From an uncultured Acidobacteriota bacterium (lineage in GTDB: Bacteria; Acidobacteriota; Thermoanaerobaculia; Gp7-AA8), in the NCBI GenBank assembly GCA_963741955.1, contig CAVUKB010000007.1, forward strand, positions 1 to 64,000: a stretch of DNA of 64,000 nucleotides, written 5' to 3'. Position numbers and translations under genes: made by a program. Of this stretch, positions 63,040 through 64,000 are shown in pieces. The notes beneath the pieces were generated by a model that worked only from the letters and a program-made list of their open reading frames with translations, was not told the origin of the DNA and did no database searches. Within the stretch, counting starts at the first letter, position 1, and every line of letters begins with the position of its first letter.

Positions 63040-63043
63040 CTAG

Positions 63044-64000
63044 GAGTCTGCGCGGTAGGACGAAACTTCGGCGCTTCCTGAAGATCTCGGAAGACGTCCA
63101 CTCGCGAGCGGCACAACCGCGGCACCGAAGCGCCTTCAGGTTGATGGTGCCGTTCTCGGGGAGTTGGCAGCGCGAAACACTTGTTCGGCGGGACTTTTCG
63201 GGGGTTGGATACTGCTCTGCCGCGGCTATTCGAGCGCAACCAGAGCGCTCATTCGCTTTAGATTGATCACCAGGCACACCAGAGCCCATTCGCCGGCAAC
63301 TTTGCGCATCCCGCGGAGACTGAATCGTCGAAAGCCGAGAACGTTTTTGACCCAGCCAAACACCGGTTCAACGATTGCCTTTCGCCGGCGATAGACCGCC
63401 TTGCCTGGAGGTGAGTCCAACTTCTGCTTCATCCGCAGAGTCGCGGGGAGCGTCGTCTCAGCTGCGGCTTCTTTACCTTCTCGTCCGAGAGAAACATAGG
63501 CATCGATCTTCTTCTGCTCCAACTCGATGAACGAGGTTTCCGATCTGTAGCCGGCGTCTGCAACAACCTGGTCGGGAGTTGTTTCGCAATTCTGTTCGAC
63601 CACCTCGACCAAAGGCAGGAGTGATCCGCTGTCCGCCGCAGATTGTGTGATCTCGAATCCAACGATGAGTTGGTTATAGGCATCAACTGCGATCTGCGCG
63701 TTGTAGCACTGCTGAAATCCTTCCTGGGACTTCATGATTCGGCTCTCGGAATCGGTGAAGTTTTCTTGCGCTTTGTCATCAGGTACGCCGAACTTCCGTT
63801 TGAATGGCTTACCCTTCTTCCTGGCCGGATCATCGTCGCCTTCGGAGCGACCATCCTTCGTGTCCTGTTCCCGCTGCCGTTGTTCGAGTCGCTCTCGTGC
63901 CTCTTTGATTTTTTGGATACGAGTCTCCCGGCGCTGGAGCTCTTCGGGCAACTCATCCCCGCGTCGATCAACTCCGTACTCGGCATCCTCCCGGGCATCC
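63044..64000 (-). mobile_element. IS1182-family insertion sequence (right part)
   Basis: Terminus GAGTCTGCGCGGTAG next to CTAG; lower GC; contains a transposase. Confidence 0.85.
63226..64000 (-). CDS. IS1182-family DDE transposase (3' part)
   Basis: NFTDSESRIMK, YNAQIAVD, VADAGY and YRRRKAIVEPVFGWVKNVLGFRRFSLRG. Confidence 0.9.
   Translation of the reverse strand, partial: DAREDAEYGVDRRGDELPEELQRRETRIQKIKEARERLEQRQREQDTKDGRSEGDDDPARKKGKPFKRKFGVPDDKAQENFTDSESRIMKSQEGFQQCYNAQIAVDAYNQLIVGFEITQSAADSGSLLPLVEVVEQNCETTPDQVVADAGYRSETSFIELEQKKIDAYVSLGREGKEAAAETTLPATLRMKQKLDSPPGKAVYRRRKAIVEPVFGWVKNVLGFRRFSLRGMRKVAGEWALVCLVINLKRMSALVALE

Overview
High-GC bacterial window. The gene repertoire suggests Acidobacteriota, possibly Thermoanaerobaculia (inference only). 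(1) 1-~19.9 kb is an entirely minus-strand mosaic island. It holds pentose-phosphate genes (tkt, pgi, tal, zwf, gnd), an aquaporin, PPK2, a Na/Ca antiporter, DUF2254, DUF4396, a GH144-like glucanase and a PRC-barrel protein, with at least five decayed gene stubs between them. Its most notable part is a three-gene module: a Cyc2-like cytochrome-porin, a Rieske protein, and a cytochrome b fused to four tethered cytochrome c domains. A 32-aa, 7-Cys metallothionein-like sORF lies upstream. (2) 20-36 kb has a Ser/Thr kinase, a 2-kb nested-palindrome repeat array, DUF5996, a long-chain acyl-CoA ligase, a secreted LTD/endonuclease, a 183-bp tandem array and an ICL2-type isocitrate lyase. (3) 37-54 kb has glutamate dehydrogenase followed by two PEP-synthetase-like proteins (one fused to a nucleotidyltransferase), a hybrid sensor kinase, fdhD, and a selenocysteine formate dehydrogenase operon (UGA plus SECIS-like hairpin) with Fe-S and NrfD subunits. 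(4) 54-64 kb has lepB, a DUF5009 acyltransferase, DUF3047, a MacAB-type ABC exporter, a PilZ protein and an IS1182 end. Three MITE families at CTAG sites occur across the window. No rRNA, tRNA or CRISPR array was recognised. All assignments come from motif recognition by eye; no database searches were run.
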